Of a stretch of DNA of 26,821 nt, positions 1 through 8,945 are shown piece by piece (the first letter of the stretch is position 1; every line of letters begins with the position of its first letter). The DNA comes from an uncultured virus (IMG/VR IMGVR_UViG_3300025961_000410). Lineage: Duplodnaviria > Heunggongvirae > Uroviricota > Caudoviricetes. The stretch lies in the IMG/VR virus record IMGVR_UViG_3300025961_000410, one strand, 5' to 3'. A program made the position numbers and the translations under genes. The notes beneath the pieces are model-generated. The model was not told where the DNA came from. It worked only from the letters and a program-made list of their open reading frames with translations, and did not search any database.

Positions 1-1
1 C

Positions 2-442
2 CTTCTTAAACATTCCAGTGTCAAGAAGGTGATCTACGACTGCCAACCCCTGCTCACCAAAGTCAGGTTGACATAGAATCAACTTCTCTGGATCAACTCC
101 TAGAGCTTTTGCATATGTCATGTCCAATGCATGCTCTGCATCAATGAAGGCAGCAATTCCACCACTCTTCATAGCTGAGGCTATAGCATGCAATGTAAGT
201 GTGGTTTTACCTGCACTGTAAGGACCAAACACTTCTACGATTCTGCCTAACGGATACCCACCTACTCCAAGACATCTATCAAGAGTAAGAGATCCCGAAG
301 ATAGCACTGGAATCTTCGGGATCTCTCCGTGCATAGTCTGCAGCGAAGCTCCCTCCACCTGAGATTCTACATGCTTAGTAATCGATAGAATACGTTCATG
401 AAAATCTGGAACCTTAATGATAGGAGCTTTAGCTGCAGCCAT
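2..442 (-). CDS. recA: RecA recombinase (5' part; runs off the window edge; not in the ORF track)
   Basis: Manual translation from ATG 442: [10 protein letters not shown]...[41 protein letters not shown]...[11 protein letters not shown]...[21 protein letters not shown]. These are the RecA Walker A and IDAEHALD motifs. GAGGT RBS upstream. Confidence 0.97.
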   Translation of the reverse strand, partial: MAAAKAPIIKVPDFHERILSITKHVESQVEGASLQTMHGEIPKIPVLSSGSLTLDRCLGVGGYPLGRIVEVFGPYSAGKTTLTLHAIASAMKSGGIAAFIDAEHALDMTYAKALGVDPEKLILCQPDFGEQGLAVVDHLLDTGMFKK

Positions 443-456
443 GTTATTACCTCAAC

Positions 457-1587
457 TCACCAAGAATTGTTACCACGACGACGAGTTGGTTGAGCACCTG
501 CAGTTGTACTAGCCACTGGTTGAACAGCTGGTTGATCAACTGCAGTTACTGAACCACCTACTTGAACATTCGAATTACCTTGAACTGTCTGTGTAGGGGT
601 TGGAGCAGTGAGATGACTTGAAGTTGGAACCCCAAACTTGAATGACACCATCTCATCATAGCTTTGAACACAAAGAACAGTGCCTTCAGAAAATGGAGCT
701 CCCCAGGGCATGTCTGGTAGTGAGTTATCATCCTGAAGATAAGCCATTTCTTCAGGATTAACTGGCAATGGACCAAGATTCAAAACAGTATACTTTGCCT
801 GGCGTGGACCACCTTCAGTACAGTCTTTTGTCAAAAGTATTTGCTGAGGCTTATCTGCATCGTAAAATGCAATTCCGTTTTCAGCTAGGTTATTCAACCC
901 TTCAAAAACAGTCTTTGGTCCAAGATAGAACTGATAGTCGACTTGATTCTCACCCTCATCAAAAGGGCGCTCAAGAGCTAACTTAGCCATATCAAAAACC
1001 TGGAAAACCCATCGTGGTCCAGCTTGCCACTTTCCTGCTTCATCCTTGATTTGATTCAAATCAGGATTTTGTGACAAAATCTTCTTATAGGTGTCTTTAT
1101 CATAACCCCAACGATCAGGATTGAGAGCGGAACCATCAAGTTTTGATGTTGCCCAACGATTTTCGAACTTTGCCCACCAGGCTTTATTTTCTTCACAATA
1201 GCGACATCGACCATCTTTAAAGAGTGGTTGATACTTCAAAACATCAACCAAATACTTATTAGTCTCTGTAGGGCAGAGAATAAACTGTGAACGATTCTTA
1301 CCGAGTGAGTCAGTACTATCTACATAGTGACCCACCAACTTGAAATAAAAAGTCCATAGCCCATCGGGTAATGCGCCCTTCTTTAGGATGTGGTTGTCCT
1401 GTTGAAACAGACTCCACTTTGCTGGGCTAAAAAGTCCAAAGAAGATTTTGTTACCAACCTTGGTGGTGGCATGCTGCCCAACTGGCAAAGGCGCGTAAAG
1501 AATGCTAGCTGAACGGCTTCCACCCCCACCTTGCTTGTTAAGATCTTCAACGTCTGCCTTGATAGGCATATTCATAGTTCGTCCCAT
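457..1587 (-). CDS. Single-stranded DNA-binding protein, T4 gp32-like (probable)
   Basis: H...C...CxxC zinc ligands (GHY, ILCP, RCRYC), aromatic-rich OB-type core, low-complexity tail, and position next to recA. Confidence 0.6.
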   Translation of the reverse strand: MGRTMNMPIKADVEDLNKQGGGGSRSASILYAPLPVGQHATTKVGNKIFFGLFSPAKWSLFQQDNHILKKGALPDGLWTFYFKLVGHYVDSTDSLGKNRSQFILCPTETNKYLVDVLKYQPLFKDGRCRYCEENKAWWAKFENRWATSKLDGSALNPDRWGYDKDTYKKILSQNPDLNQIKDEAGKWQAGPRWVFQVFDMAKLALERPFDEGENQVDYQFYLGPKTVFEGLNNLAENGIAFYDADKPQQILLTKDCTEGGPRQAKYTVLNLGPLPVNPEEMAYLQDDNSLPDMPWGAPFSEGTVLCVQSYDEMVSFKFGVPTSSHLTAPTPTQTVQGNSNVQVGGSVTAVDQPAVQPVASTTAGAQPTRRRGNNSW

Positions 1588-1617
1588 TGTCTCTTCTCTC
1601 TTTTCGCCTTATTGGGC

Positions 1618-2598
1618 TTATTTGTTTTCTTTTGGCATATTCATACGACGTTTAGAAGTTGTCGTAAGAGGGGTTTGTTTATTCGTAGCTTTTTCGTCTG
1701 GTTGAAAAGGATCAGGATAAGAGTCAGCCCCACCATGACCATTAGGGCATGTAATTCCAGCTGGGGTCATAAACTGAAGCTGACCACATAGGTTACAAAA
1801 AGTTTTCTGAGATGGTGTTGAAACTACAGTTGGGGTATTTACTAGAGGTTGTAATGGGCTATAATCCGCTGGAGGCTGACTAGCCCTACTTGGTGGCCTA
1901 CTCTCTTGAGTATTGTACCTACTCAACTGATTCTGAGAACTGATGTTTCCATACTTAGCTAAGTCATGATCAGCGACTTCTTTCATCTTGAAAGCTCGCT
2001 CTCCGTAGGTTGATGCAAACCTACCCATCCGCTTAGCCATCTCCATCAGGTTCCGTTTTGTAGCCTCGATCTTTTCGTAACTCCAACCCTCTTTCTGAAA
2101 CATCAAAGCGTGCTGAGTAAACTTTGCTAAGTCATCAGCATAGACTTGCCTATTCTCAGCATCACTGTAAAAATCATCTACCTTCTTTTGTGTGCCATGC
2201 TTTCCCAGTAAGAAACCTCGAAACGATTCCTCAATTAGGACTAGCCGCTCGTCTTCAGGAACATTCTCGCTAAACAACGAGATGACACAGTCTTTTACTG
2301 ATTCCAGCGTTTCTTTTAGATTGGCTGCAGTAGCATAATACTTAGCATATCTTCTAGCATGCGTCCACCAGATTGCATAACCACTCTCCTCAAACTCCAT
2401 CCGCTTGAATTCAAGATCAATAGCGGATTGCTCCCAATACGATTGATTAGAAGCATGCATGGCCATCTCTTCTACTAGGTTTTCCCTAAACCTAAGAAGC
2501 TGAACCATGTTGTATTGGATCTCAACACCATTCTGAAGAATGGTTAAAGTCTGCTCCTCTGGAGAGGAGATATCCATCTTGATTTGAGTAATGCTCAT
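1618..2598 (-). CDS. Hypothetical helical protein with C-terminal zinc ribbon; possible UvsY-like recombination mediator
   Basis: 326 aa ORF. Helical N-terminus (LVEEMAMHASNQSYW) and a CNLC...CPNGH motif. The function is inferred only from the recA/SSB context. Confidence 0.45.
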   Translation of the reverse strand: MSITQIKMDISSPEEQTLTILQNGVEIQYNMVQLLRFRENLVEEMAMHASNQSYWEQSAIDLEFKRMEFEESGYAIWWTHARRYAKYYATAANLKETLESVKDCVISLFSENVPEDERLVLIEESFRGFLLGKHGTQKKVDDFYSDAENRQVYADDLAKFTQHALMFQKEGWSYEKIEATKRNLMEMAKRMGRFASTYGERAFKMKEVADHDLAKYGNISSQNQLSRYNTQESRPPSRASQPPADYSPLQPLVNTPTVVSTPSQKTFCNLCGQLQFMTPAGITCPNGHGGADSYPDPFQPDEKATNKQTPLTTTSKRRMNMPKENK

Positions 2599-2846
2599 GT
2601 AGGATCTTGCATTGAAGATGCTAGAATACCAAACTTAGCTGCTTCTAGCAGACCCACAACAAAAGTTGTACCAAGATGCTCTGGTGCTAACACTACACCT
2701 TCACCACCTTCTGGTGCATATACTACGATAGCTTCTTTAGCTAGCTCAGGATGATCCTTGAACAGCTGAATGACTCGATTAGCATGCTCCTGCTCTTTTT
2801 TCGCCTTGTAATCATCTAAACTAGTTGGTTTCTGATCTGACATCAC
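2595..2846 (-). CDS. Hypothetical protein
   Basis: 83 aa ORF with ATGA overlaps on both sides. Confidence 0.65.
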   Translation of the reverse strand: MMSDQKPTSLDDYKAKKEQEHANRVIQLFKDHPELAKEAIVVYAPEGGEGVVLAPEHLGTTFVVGLLEAAKFGILASSMQDPT

Positions 2847-3031
2847 AACCTCTTTTTAAAGTTTGGAACTGCTACGAATCGTTTCACAATTTCTGTTTCT
2901 CCACAAGCAGGACATACGTACTTCCTGACCAACTCACCAGATTTCTTCAGAGTCCCACCCCTGCATCTCATCCACTCAAATCGACAAACTGGGACTGGGC
3001 AACGTATCTGAAGCGGGGTTGGAAGACGCAC
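2843..3031 (-). CDS. Small zinc-ribbon protein
   Basis: CPVPVC...CPACG motifs; ORF fills the gap exactly. Confidence 0.6.
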   Translation of the reverse strand: MRLPTPLQIRCPVPVCRFEWMRCRGGTLKKSGELVRKYVCPACGETEIVKRFVAVPNFKKRL

Positions 3032-3343
3032 TCACTTGCACTCAAATTTGCAAGATTCGGAAGTACATTTCCATGCTACTGGCTTATCGTTAAGAATACC
3101 AGAGCATTCATTTACGTGACATGAAAACCCTAGAATGTTGTTGTCAAGAGCAAACTTAATTTCATTTTTGAAAGTCAGTTCCGCCTTCAAGTAATCGATT
3201 TCCCAATTCTGTCTATCGATTTTCCCATTCAGAGTGATTTGGTTACTGCTAACGTACCCATGCCATATGATACTTGAAATAAACACCCCAAAAACCAACC
3301 CACCAATTGAATGAATTACAATCTCTTTATCCCGCTTATCCAT
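3032..3343 (-). CDS. Membrane-anchored protein with Cys-rich C-terminus
   Basis: Hydrophobic segment IVIHSIGGLVFGVFISSIIW, then a coiled coil and five Cys in the last ~30 aa. Confidence 0.6.
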   Translation of the reverse strand: MDKRDKEIVIHSIGGLVFGVFISSIIWHGYVSSNQITLNGKIDRQNWEIDYLKAELTFKNEIKFALDNNILGFSCHVNECSGILNDKPVAWKCTSESCKFECK

Positions 3344-4478
3344 GTTTCTGTTCCCATCTACATTGATCCCAAGCTCTAATAAACCAACCCTCTATATCCG
3401 CTCGTTCAGAAACCTTTCCAAACATCTTAACAGTCTCGTCCCAAGATTGAATCATAGCATCGAGATGGTTATGAGTCAACGTCATTCGATCTTCAAACAC
3501 CTGGTGGGGAATCCCACTCCAATAAGGTACACACGGAGCTGATTTACCCTTACTGACCAGAGCTATCCGAAAATCTCTAGTTAAGGTTGTCAGTACTGTA
3601 TAGAAAAGTGAGTGGAAGTTTACCCCTTCTCTCCACCACTCATCAACGCTTTCATACCAGATGGCTGGATCAGACATCCCCTCAATCAAAGCACCAGCTA
3701 CTCGTTTATAGAGCAGAATTGATGGGTAACCTGTTACTGCCTCAAACAGTTCAGAATCTATTAGCTCACCATTAGCACAAGCAATTAACTGGTCCGCTAC
3801 CTGTTGCACATCTCTTAAAGAACCCTCAGAACTAATTGCTAACGATGTTACAACCTCTTGTTGTACAGGTTGCTTAGCATCAGCAAAAATCCTCTTCAAA
3901 CTTTCTTCTACATTGATTGGTGGAAGGGGTTTGATATTGTAAGTCTGACACCTAGACTTAATTGTAGGTTTTACCTGTTGTGGATCCGTAGTGCAAAGAA
4001 TTGGTAAAAAACTAGTTGGTGGAGATTCAAATAGAGCTAGTAAAGCGTTTTGTGCTTCGTTCGTAAGCATGTGACATTCGTCCAATATGACAATACGCCA
4101 CTTGCCTGGCTTTGGCATCTGATCAGCTATTGAACGAAGTGCCTTAGCATCGTCAATGCCTCGATGAGATGCTGCATCCATCTCAATCGTTTCAGTGCTG
4201 GCACCCTTTACTAGATCTTGACATTCTCCGCAAGTTCCACAAGGCTCAGGTTTTTTAACCCCTTCTTTCAACTGCCTTGGAAGATCGTCGCAGTTGAGAA
4301 CCTTAGCTAACAACCTAGCTAGAGATGTTTTACCAGTCCCTCTAGGACCACAGAATAAAAAAGCGTTTGCAATTCTGTTTTCACAAACAGCGTTTTGTAG
4401 TATTCTGACAGTAGCCGCTTGACCTAAAACTTCTGAAAATCTCTGTGGTCTGTACCGAATTGCTGATGCTTGGAACAT
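3336..4478 (-). CDS. dnaX: DNA polymerase III clamp-loader ATPase, gamma/tau-like (short form)
   Basis: RYRPQRFSEVLGQ, Walker A GPRGTGKT, zinc module LNC...PCGTCGEC, Walker B ILDECHML, SRC arginine finger. Confidence 0.95.
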   Translation of the reverse strand: MFQASAIRYRPQRFSEVLGQAATVRILQNAVCENRIANAFLFCGPRGTGKTSLARLLAKVLNCDDLPRQLKEGVKKPEPCGTCGECQDLVKGASTETIEMDAASHRGIDDAKALRSIADQMPKPGKWRIVILDECHMLTNEAQNALLALFESPPTSFLPILCTTDPQQVKPTIKSRCQTYNIKPLPPINVEESLKRIFADAKQPVQQEVVTSLAISSEGSLRDVQQVADQLIACANGELIDSELFEAVTGYPSILLYKRVAGALIEGMSDPAIWYESVDEWWREGVNFHSLFYTVLTTLTRDFRIALVSKGKSAPCVPYWSGIPHQVFEDRMTLTHNHLDAMIQSWDETVKMFGKVSERADIEGWFIRAWDQCRWEQKHG

Positions 4479-4491
4479 TCTAGCTTAGCTA

Positions 4492-5103
4492 TTATACCAA
4501 GCTAATTCTTTCCCAGCAATAAGGACTCTTCATAGTAGTGAAGCCAAGTTCGTGAAACATCTTGAGGTTGTTATCCTCGTCATCAATAGCTAAAACATGC
4601 TTTCCAAGTTGAGGTAATAGGGGAACTAAAATCTCCCTCTTAACCTCACTTGATTTGCCATACGAATCAACTGGCCGCATCAACAGTCGATCCTCACCAA
4701 CAAAAGGAAAACCATGCTGAATTAGCCAATCCACTGTTAGCTGTCGAACATTCACACTACCTTGAGCACTTGGCCTACCTGTAAGATAGTAAAAGTTACG
4801 AATATTTTCATGTAGGGTCGTAACAAAGTCTAAAGCTTTTGTTTGTGGTTTATCAGCTGATGCTGCTTTGTAAAACTCATCCCACCTAATCCTGGATTGA
4901 GTTACATAAGCATCAGTGGGTTCTAAGTCACATGAACATTCTTCGTAAGGCCCTAAGTTTCTCCCACAACCTCTAAGACAAAGATTTGTCTGGCAAGCTG
5001 GGCAGTCAGAGTGTTGGCCATAATGTTCATTCCTTGCCAACCTCTCTCCAATAGTTAGTGTCCCATCGATATCAACTATCACTGAATCATAGTGAAAATG
5101 CAT
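4492..5103 (-). CDS. HAD-family phosphatase (PNKP 3'-phosphatase-like) with a Cys-rich insert
   Basis: HAD motif I VDIDGTL, LTGR, LLMRP...K, and motif IV IDDE. Confidence 0.8.
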   Translation of the reverse strand: MHFHYDSVIVDIDGTLTIGERLARNEHYGQHSDCPACQTNLCLRGCGRNLGPYEECSCDLEPTDAYVTQSRIRWDEFYKAASADKPQTKALDFVTTLHENIRNFYYLTGRPSAQGSVNVRQLTVDWLIQHGFPFVGEDRLLMRPVDSYGKSSEVKREILVPLLPQLGKHVLAIDDEDNNLKMFHELGFTTMKSPYCWERISLV

Positions 5104-5186
5104 TATTAACCTGTCTTTACCTTAGGTTCAGATTCATCTGCTATCTTATTAACAACAACAAATTCAATCTTGTAAAGCAGTAGATT

Positions 5187-5861
5187 TCATGACTCTGCTG
5201 AATATGCAATATTCGACATTTTGTAAACTTCAAGCTCTTCTTTACCACGTTCAGCGTAAGGTTCTTTACAACCTTTACAAAAAGGCTTTGATCGCCTATC
5301 ACAGAGGCCTGCGCAGTAACCACAATACTTACCGCTCTTCTGGAAAACAGGATTTTGGTCGTCTACCTTAATCACAAATCTATCTGCTAGCTTTTGTTGC
5401 TTCAATCTATCAGCTTCTGCTTTAGCTTGCTTCGCTGCTAATCGATCTGCTAGCTTTTGTTGCTTCAATCTATCAGCTTCTGCTTTAGCCTTCTCTTTTG
5501 CCTCGAGCCTGGCTTGCTTAGCTTTTTTCTTATCAACAACTTTTGGACAGGTAAGAATATTATGTTCTGGTGAATCGCAAATACGACAACGAAATTCAAC
5601 TATTGGTATTACTGCTCCAATAGGTGTTTTAATTGGATAGATCCCACCATCAGGACGCCTACCAACCAACCCGTCAGTTTCAAGTTCAATAATTGTTGAG
5701 AAAACTAATGGTAGTCCAAGTTTAATCCTATTTGACAACTCGGCATAAGTAAGCGGAAATGGTTCACCAGCTAGTTCTACTCTTTGTAGCCAAAGATAGA
5801 TAATCTTCGCTACTGTAGATTTTGGCCACTTACGAGACTTTTTTCGAAGTTTTGGCTTCAG
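5187..5861 (-). CDS. Winged-HTH / CCHC zinc-knuckle / coiled-coil / Cys-rich nucleic-acid-binding protein (start probably upstream of the tracked 5738)
   Basis: The frame stays open upstream of TTG 5738 through CTG 5861 and completes a wHTH-like segment (IYLWLQ...LTYAELSNRIKLGLPLVFSTIIELETDGLV). Contains C-x2-C-x4-H-x4-C (CRICDSPEHNILTC). Confidence 0.65.
   Translation of the reverse strand: MKPKLRKKSRKWPKSTVAKIIYLWLQRVELAGEPFPLTYAELSNRIKLGLPLVFSTIIELETDGLVGRRPDGGIYPIKTPIGAVIPIVEFRCRICDSPEHNILTCPKVVDKKKAKQARLEAKEKAKAEADRLKQQKLADRLAAKQAKAEADRLKQQKLADRFVIKVDDQNPVFQKSGKYCGYCAGLCDRRSKPFCKGCKEPYAERGKEELEVYKMSNIAYSAES
5382..5489. repeat. 45-bp perfect direct repeat (two copies, 63-bp period) inside a CDS
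   Basis: atctgctagcttttgttgcttcaatctatcagcttctgctttagc at 5382-5426 and 5445-5489; encodes AKAEADRLKQQKLAD twice. Confidence 0.95.
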
Positions 5862-6335
5862 GGTTGTAATCGAACCACCTCAACAGGTTTGTTCTGTTTC
5901 TCTGTGTAACGGATGCATTGGTAAGTACCTGAATTAATAACTACCGGTCCAAAATGCAACCATCCGATTGCAGCGATCAACTATAGCTTCATTACGCTTA
6001 CGATATGCTAGCCAACCATCATCTTTTATAATTGGCAAATGCAGTTCAACAACCTCGTCAGCTCGTTCAGTTATTGCCCACGTCTCTGGTGGTTGAGACC
6101 TGACCACGTCAGGGACAATAACCACTAATTTTGGTATCGATGGCTTAGCTCCAGGTCGATATAAACCAGCTCGATGTAACAAAGCTGCTTTAAGCGCTAT
6201 TGTATCCCCACCTTTAGCACCACCAAAAACTATCTCATTTACGTTAGGAGCAATAACCAAATCAAGAATTTTCGAATCAATCAATTGACTGTCAATTGAT
6301 TTAAACCGTCTTGAAGCTGTAATACCAACAATCAT
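5858..6335 (-). pseudogene. SLOG-superfamily (YspA/DprA-like) nucleotide-binding protein interrupted by a frameshift near 5940
   Basis: IVGITASR, GGAKGGD, YRKRNEAIVD, VAFWTG then TAA. The expected C-terminus (SGTYQCIRYTEKQNKPVEVVRL) continues in the +1 frame to TGA at 5858. Confidence 0.75.
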
Positions 6336-6496
6336 TTTAAACCTGATTCAATCAAATATCTAGTCACATCTGATCGAGTTATCTTTAGCTTGCGGTATTT
6401 CTGGACAAGATTCGATGACAAATTTTGCTTCTTTACCAGAGCATCAAGCTTCTTTATCACTGAATCTTCTAAACGAACTCTAGTCATTCTAATCAT
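6332..6496 (-). CDS. Ribbon-helix-helix (CopG/Arc-like) DNA-binding protein, 54 aa (not in the ORF track)
   Basis: MIRMTRVRLEDSVIKKLDALVKK...TRSDVTRYLIESGLK. ATGA overlaps with the polymerase stop and with the SLOG start. Confidence 0.75.
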   Translation of the reverse strand: MIRMTRVRLEDSVIKKLDALVKKQNLSSNLVQKYRKLKITRSDVTRYLIESGLK

Positions 6497-8679
6497 TTGT
6501 CTGACCATCTTTCAGATACTGCTGGTTCTGCTATCAAGGGTACGAGACATTCTGGGTATGCGTTTTCCATGGTGTCTTTAATTAGCCTGGTTGCTGGTTC
6601 TACATATCTATCTGCCGCGAAAAATCCTATGTCGTCATGAACCAACAATGCAGGTTGAATACCATCACCATCCTCAGATTTCAATACCAAAGGTATCTCA
6701 TGACGCTTAGCTTCAACAATGACGTCAGTAAACGCTTTACAGGCAAGGTCAGAAGCAAAACCTTGGATGATTGCATTTGGTCCCTGCCGCATAGCTTCAT
6801 CGACTTTTCTCTTCCGTCGATTCTGCTCTACTGCTAATATGCACTGACCAATCAATGGACAGGTTTGACACTTCTCAAACTTCCTGTTTCTTAAAGAGCT
6901 AGTCTGCTGCTGAAATATCGAAGTCTCTTGAAACATTGGTAGAGACTCTTTAAGATCAATACGATTGTAATGCTCTTTGAACAATGGAACTGAAGGACTC
7001 TCTTTAGTATCCCCAAAACACTTTGGGGCACCTTGTGGTTTGTAAACCTTAGGTGGTACCCACAACTGTGCATCTGGCAATCGCCTTCTTCTACCAATAG
7101 GGCTAACAACATAACCCAACTCGACTGACATCTTGTGGGTACTGTCAATCCAGTTTGCTAGAGTCGGCAAGCCTTTAAAGTAGTTGGCTAAGAACTCCCT
7201 TGCCTCATCAACAGAAATACCAAGGCTTTCTGCTAGACCATACTCCGTACTACCGTATAGTACCCCAAAGTTAACTCCCTTCGCTTTTGTCCTAATTGGC
7301 GCATGTAACTTCTTTACATCGTCAACATCACAATCAAGCTTAAAACAGGTTTTAGCAGTCGCTGAATGCAAATCTTCGTCATTTTTAAATGCTAAGATCC
7401 AGGCAGGTTCTTTACTAACATGTGCAGCTATTCTAAGCTCGATCTGAGAATAATCTGCAGTTATAAGCTTGAACCCAGCCGGTGGTATAAACATACTCTT
7501 AATAAGAGTTCCGCCATTTTCTGGTCGTGGCATATTCTGAACGTTAGGATCCTCAGATGCAAGTCGACCAGTCTTTGTACCATGAATCAAAAATCGAGGA
7601 TGAATTCTGACAGTCTTCTCATCATACCGATCTCTGATACCAATGACATAGCTCCCATGAAGCTTCTCAACGGATCTAGACTCAATCATCAACTCAATGA
7701 TTGGATGCTGCCCCTTTAGATTTTGAAGAGCTTCCTTATCTGTGGTGATAGTGTTTTTCTTACTCTTCTGTATTGGTAACCCTAGTTTGTTGTAGAGAAT
7801 GTCTGCAAGTTGCTGTGGGCTAGTAACATCAAATTTCTGACCAGCAGCTTCATGAATTTGAAGCTCAAGCTCAGCTTTACGATTGATGTAAAACTTGTCA
7901 AGTTCATCCAAACGTGACAAATCGATTGGCAATCCAGCAATTTCTGCCAGCATCGTTGATTGCTGGATTTGCATCGTATAATCGTAAAATAGATCTAATA
8001 ACCCCTGTTCCTCCATCTGCTGATAGAAGATTGGTTTAAGCTGTCTAGTGTAATCAGCGTCGCCACAAGCGTAGGGATACAGAATATCAGTGGGGATTGC
8101 TGTATACCGTCTATACTTTGGGTCGTAATACTCAAGAGCTTTTTGTAGATCTTGCTCGTACTGATTTGCTTTTGGATCTAGGTAATACGCAGCCATGGGT
8201 TTTAAGCCATGACGACAAGTCAGAATGCCTTCCTCATCCAAAAGATGATGAGCCAGCATGGTGTCAAAGGTAAAACCTCTTACCTTTATCTTCAAAACCT
8301 CCCAAATCCAGGTCATATCGAACTTAAAATTCTGACCACTCTTCTCGCTATTGTCGTCTTCTAAAAAATTCCTCAGCTTCTCTTTGACAAGATTGAAAAC
8401 CCTGGGATCCTTCCAGGTAGTGTTCTTATCGATACCAGTATACAATGGTAGGTATGCAGCTTCATTGGTTGCCCAACTAAACGACATACCACCAATTACT
8501 ACATCAGATCGGGGAAACTTGGGAGCACTATCCGAAGTGGGGTGGTTGGTTTCAATATCTACTGAGGTGTCAGATGAGTTCCCTAATACTGAAAACAACC
8601 AATGAAGCTTCTTTGGGGAATCAACTAAGGTGAACTTCTTAGTAGCTCCAGCATTCAACCATTTATGATCTTGCTGCAT
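6493..8679 (-). CDS. polA: Family A DNA polymerase (3'-5' exonuclease + polymerase, no 5'-3' nuclease domain)
   Basis: ExoI DIET, ExoII QNFKFD, ExoIII YACGD; TGRLASEDPNVQN; motif A ADYSQIELR; motif B RTKAKGVNFGVLYG; motif C VHDD. Confidence 0.96.
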   Translation of the reverse strand: MQQDHKWLNAGATKKFTLVDSPKKLHWLFSVLGNSSDTSVDIETNHPTSDSAPKFPRSDVVIGGMSFSWATNEAAYLPLYTGIDKNTTWKDPRVFNLVKEKLRNFLEDDNSEKSGQNFKFDMTWIWEVLKIKVRGFTFDTMLAHHLLDEEGILTCRHGLKPMAAYYLDPKANQYEQDLQKALEYYDPKYRRYTAIPTDILYPYACGDADYTRQLKPIFYQQMEEQGLLDLFYDYTMQIQQSTMLAEIAGLPIDLSRLDELDKFYINRKAELELQIHEAAGQKFDVTSPQQLADILYNKLGLPIQKSKKNTITTDKEALQNLKGQHPIIELMIESRSVEKLHGSYVIGIRDRYDEKTVRIHPRFLIHGTKTGRLASEDPNVQNMPRPENGGTLIKSMFIPPAGFKLITADYSQIELRIAAHVSKEPAWILAFKNDEDLHSATAKTCFKLDCDVDDVKKLHAPIRTKAKGVNFGVLYGSTEYGLAESLGISVDEAREFLANYFKGLPTLANWIDSTHKMSVELGYVVSPIGRRRRLPDAQLWVPPKVYKPQGAPKCFGDTKESPSVPLFKEHYNRIDLKESLPMFQETSIFQQQTSSLRNRKFEKCQTCPLIGQCILAVEQNRRKRKVDEAMRQGPNAIIQGFASDLACKAFTDVIVEAKRHEIPLVLKSEDGDGIQPALLVHDDIGFFAADRYVEPATRLIKDTMENAYPECLVPLIAEPAVSERWSDK

Positions 8680-8945
8680 TACTCAGACTTCGACTTCTTA
8701 GGTTGAGTTCGATTGGGAAAGTTTGCATCACTATCCATCTGCTTGTTGAATACAACCCTTTTTGAAGCTGGATCATAAAGATCTTGTGACACAGCTCCAC
8801 AGTCAGGGTTTTTACAAACTAACTGTCTTTCAACCGCAGTACCATGTCGATACTGAGCTCGACACATCATTGGTTGCTTCTCACAAGTAGGACAAAGAAC
8901 AGTAGTCTCGTAAGGTTTAAAACCATCAGATAGATCAGGCATCAC
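8679..8945 (-). CDS. Zinc-ribbon protein
   Basis: CPTC...CKNPDCG; overlaps both neighbours. Confidence 0.65.
   Translation of the reverse strand: MMPDLSDGFKPYETTVLCPTCEKQPMMCRAQYRHGTAVERQLVCKNPDCGAVSQDLYDPASKRVVFNKQMDSDANFPNRTQPKKSKSE

Noticed and set aside
3032..3400. Programmed frameshift extending DnaX into a tau form
   Set aside because: No A AAA AAG slippery site near the end, and the downstream ORF is a membrane protein unlike tau domains IV-V.
5104..5186. Promoter in the AT-rich gap before the HAD gene
   Set aside because: TTTACA/TTGAAT and TAAGAT-like hexamers are present but not at 16-18 bp spacing.
5382..5489. Direct repeat as a mini-CRISPR or att site
   Set aside because: It is an in-frame coding duplication with a 63-bp period and an 18-bp gap.
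5934..5945. Stop-codon reassignment explaining the SLOG truncation
   Set aside because: The continuation is in a different frame, and TAA, TGA and TAG all end genes normally elsewhere in the window.
6810..7060. Polymerase insert as an intein or intron
   Set aside because: Too short, no intein terminal His-Asn/Cys motifs or LAGLIDADG, and the frame is open throughout.
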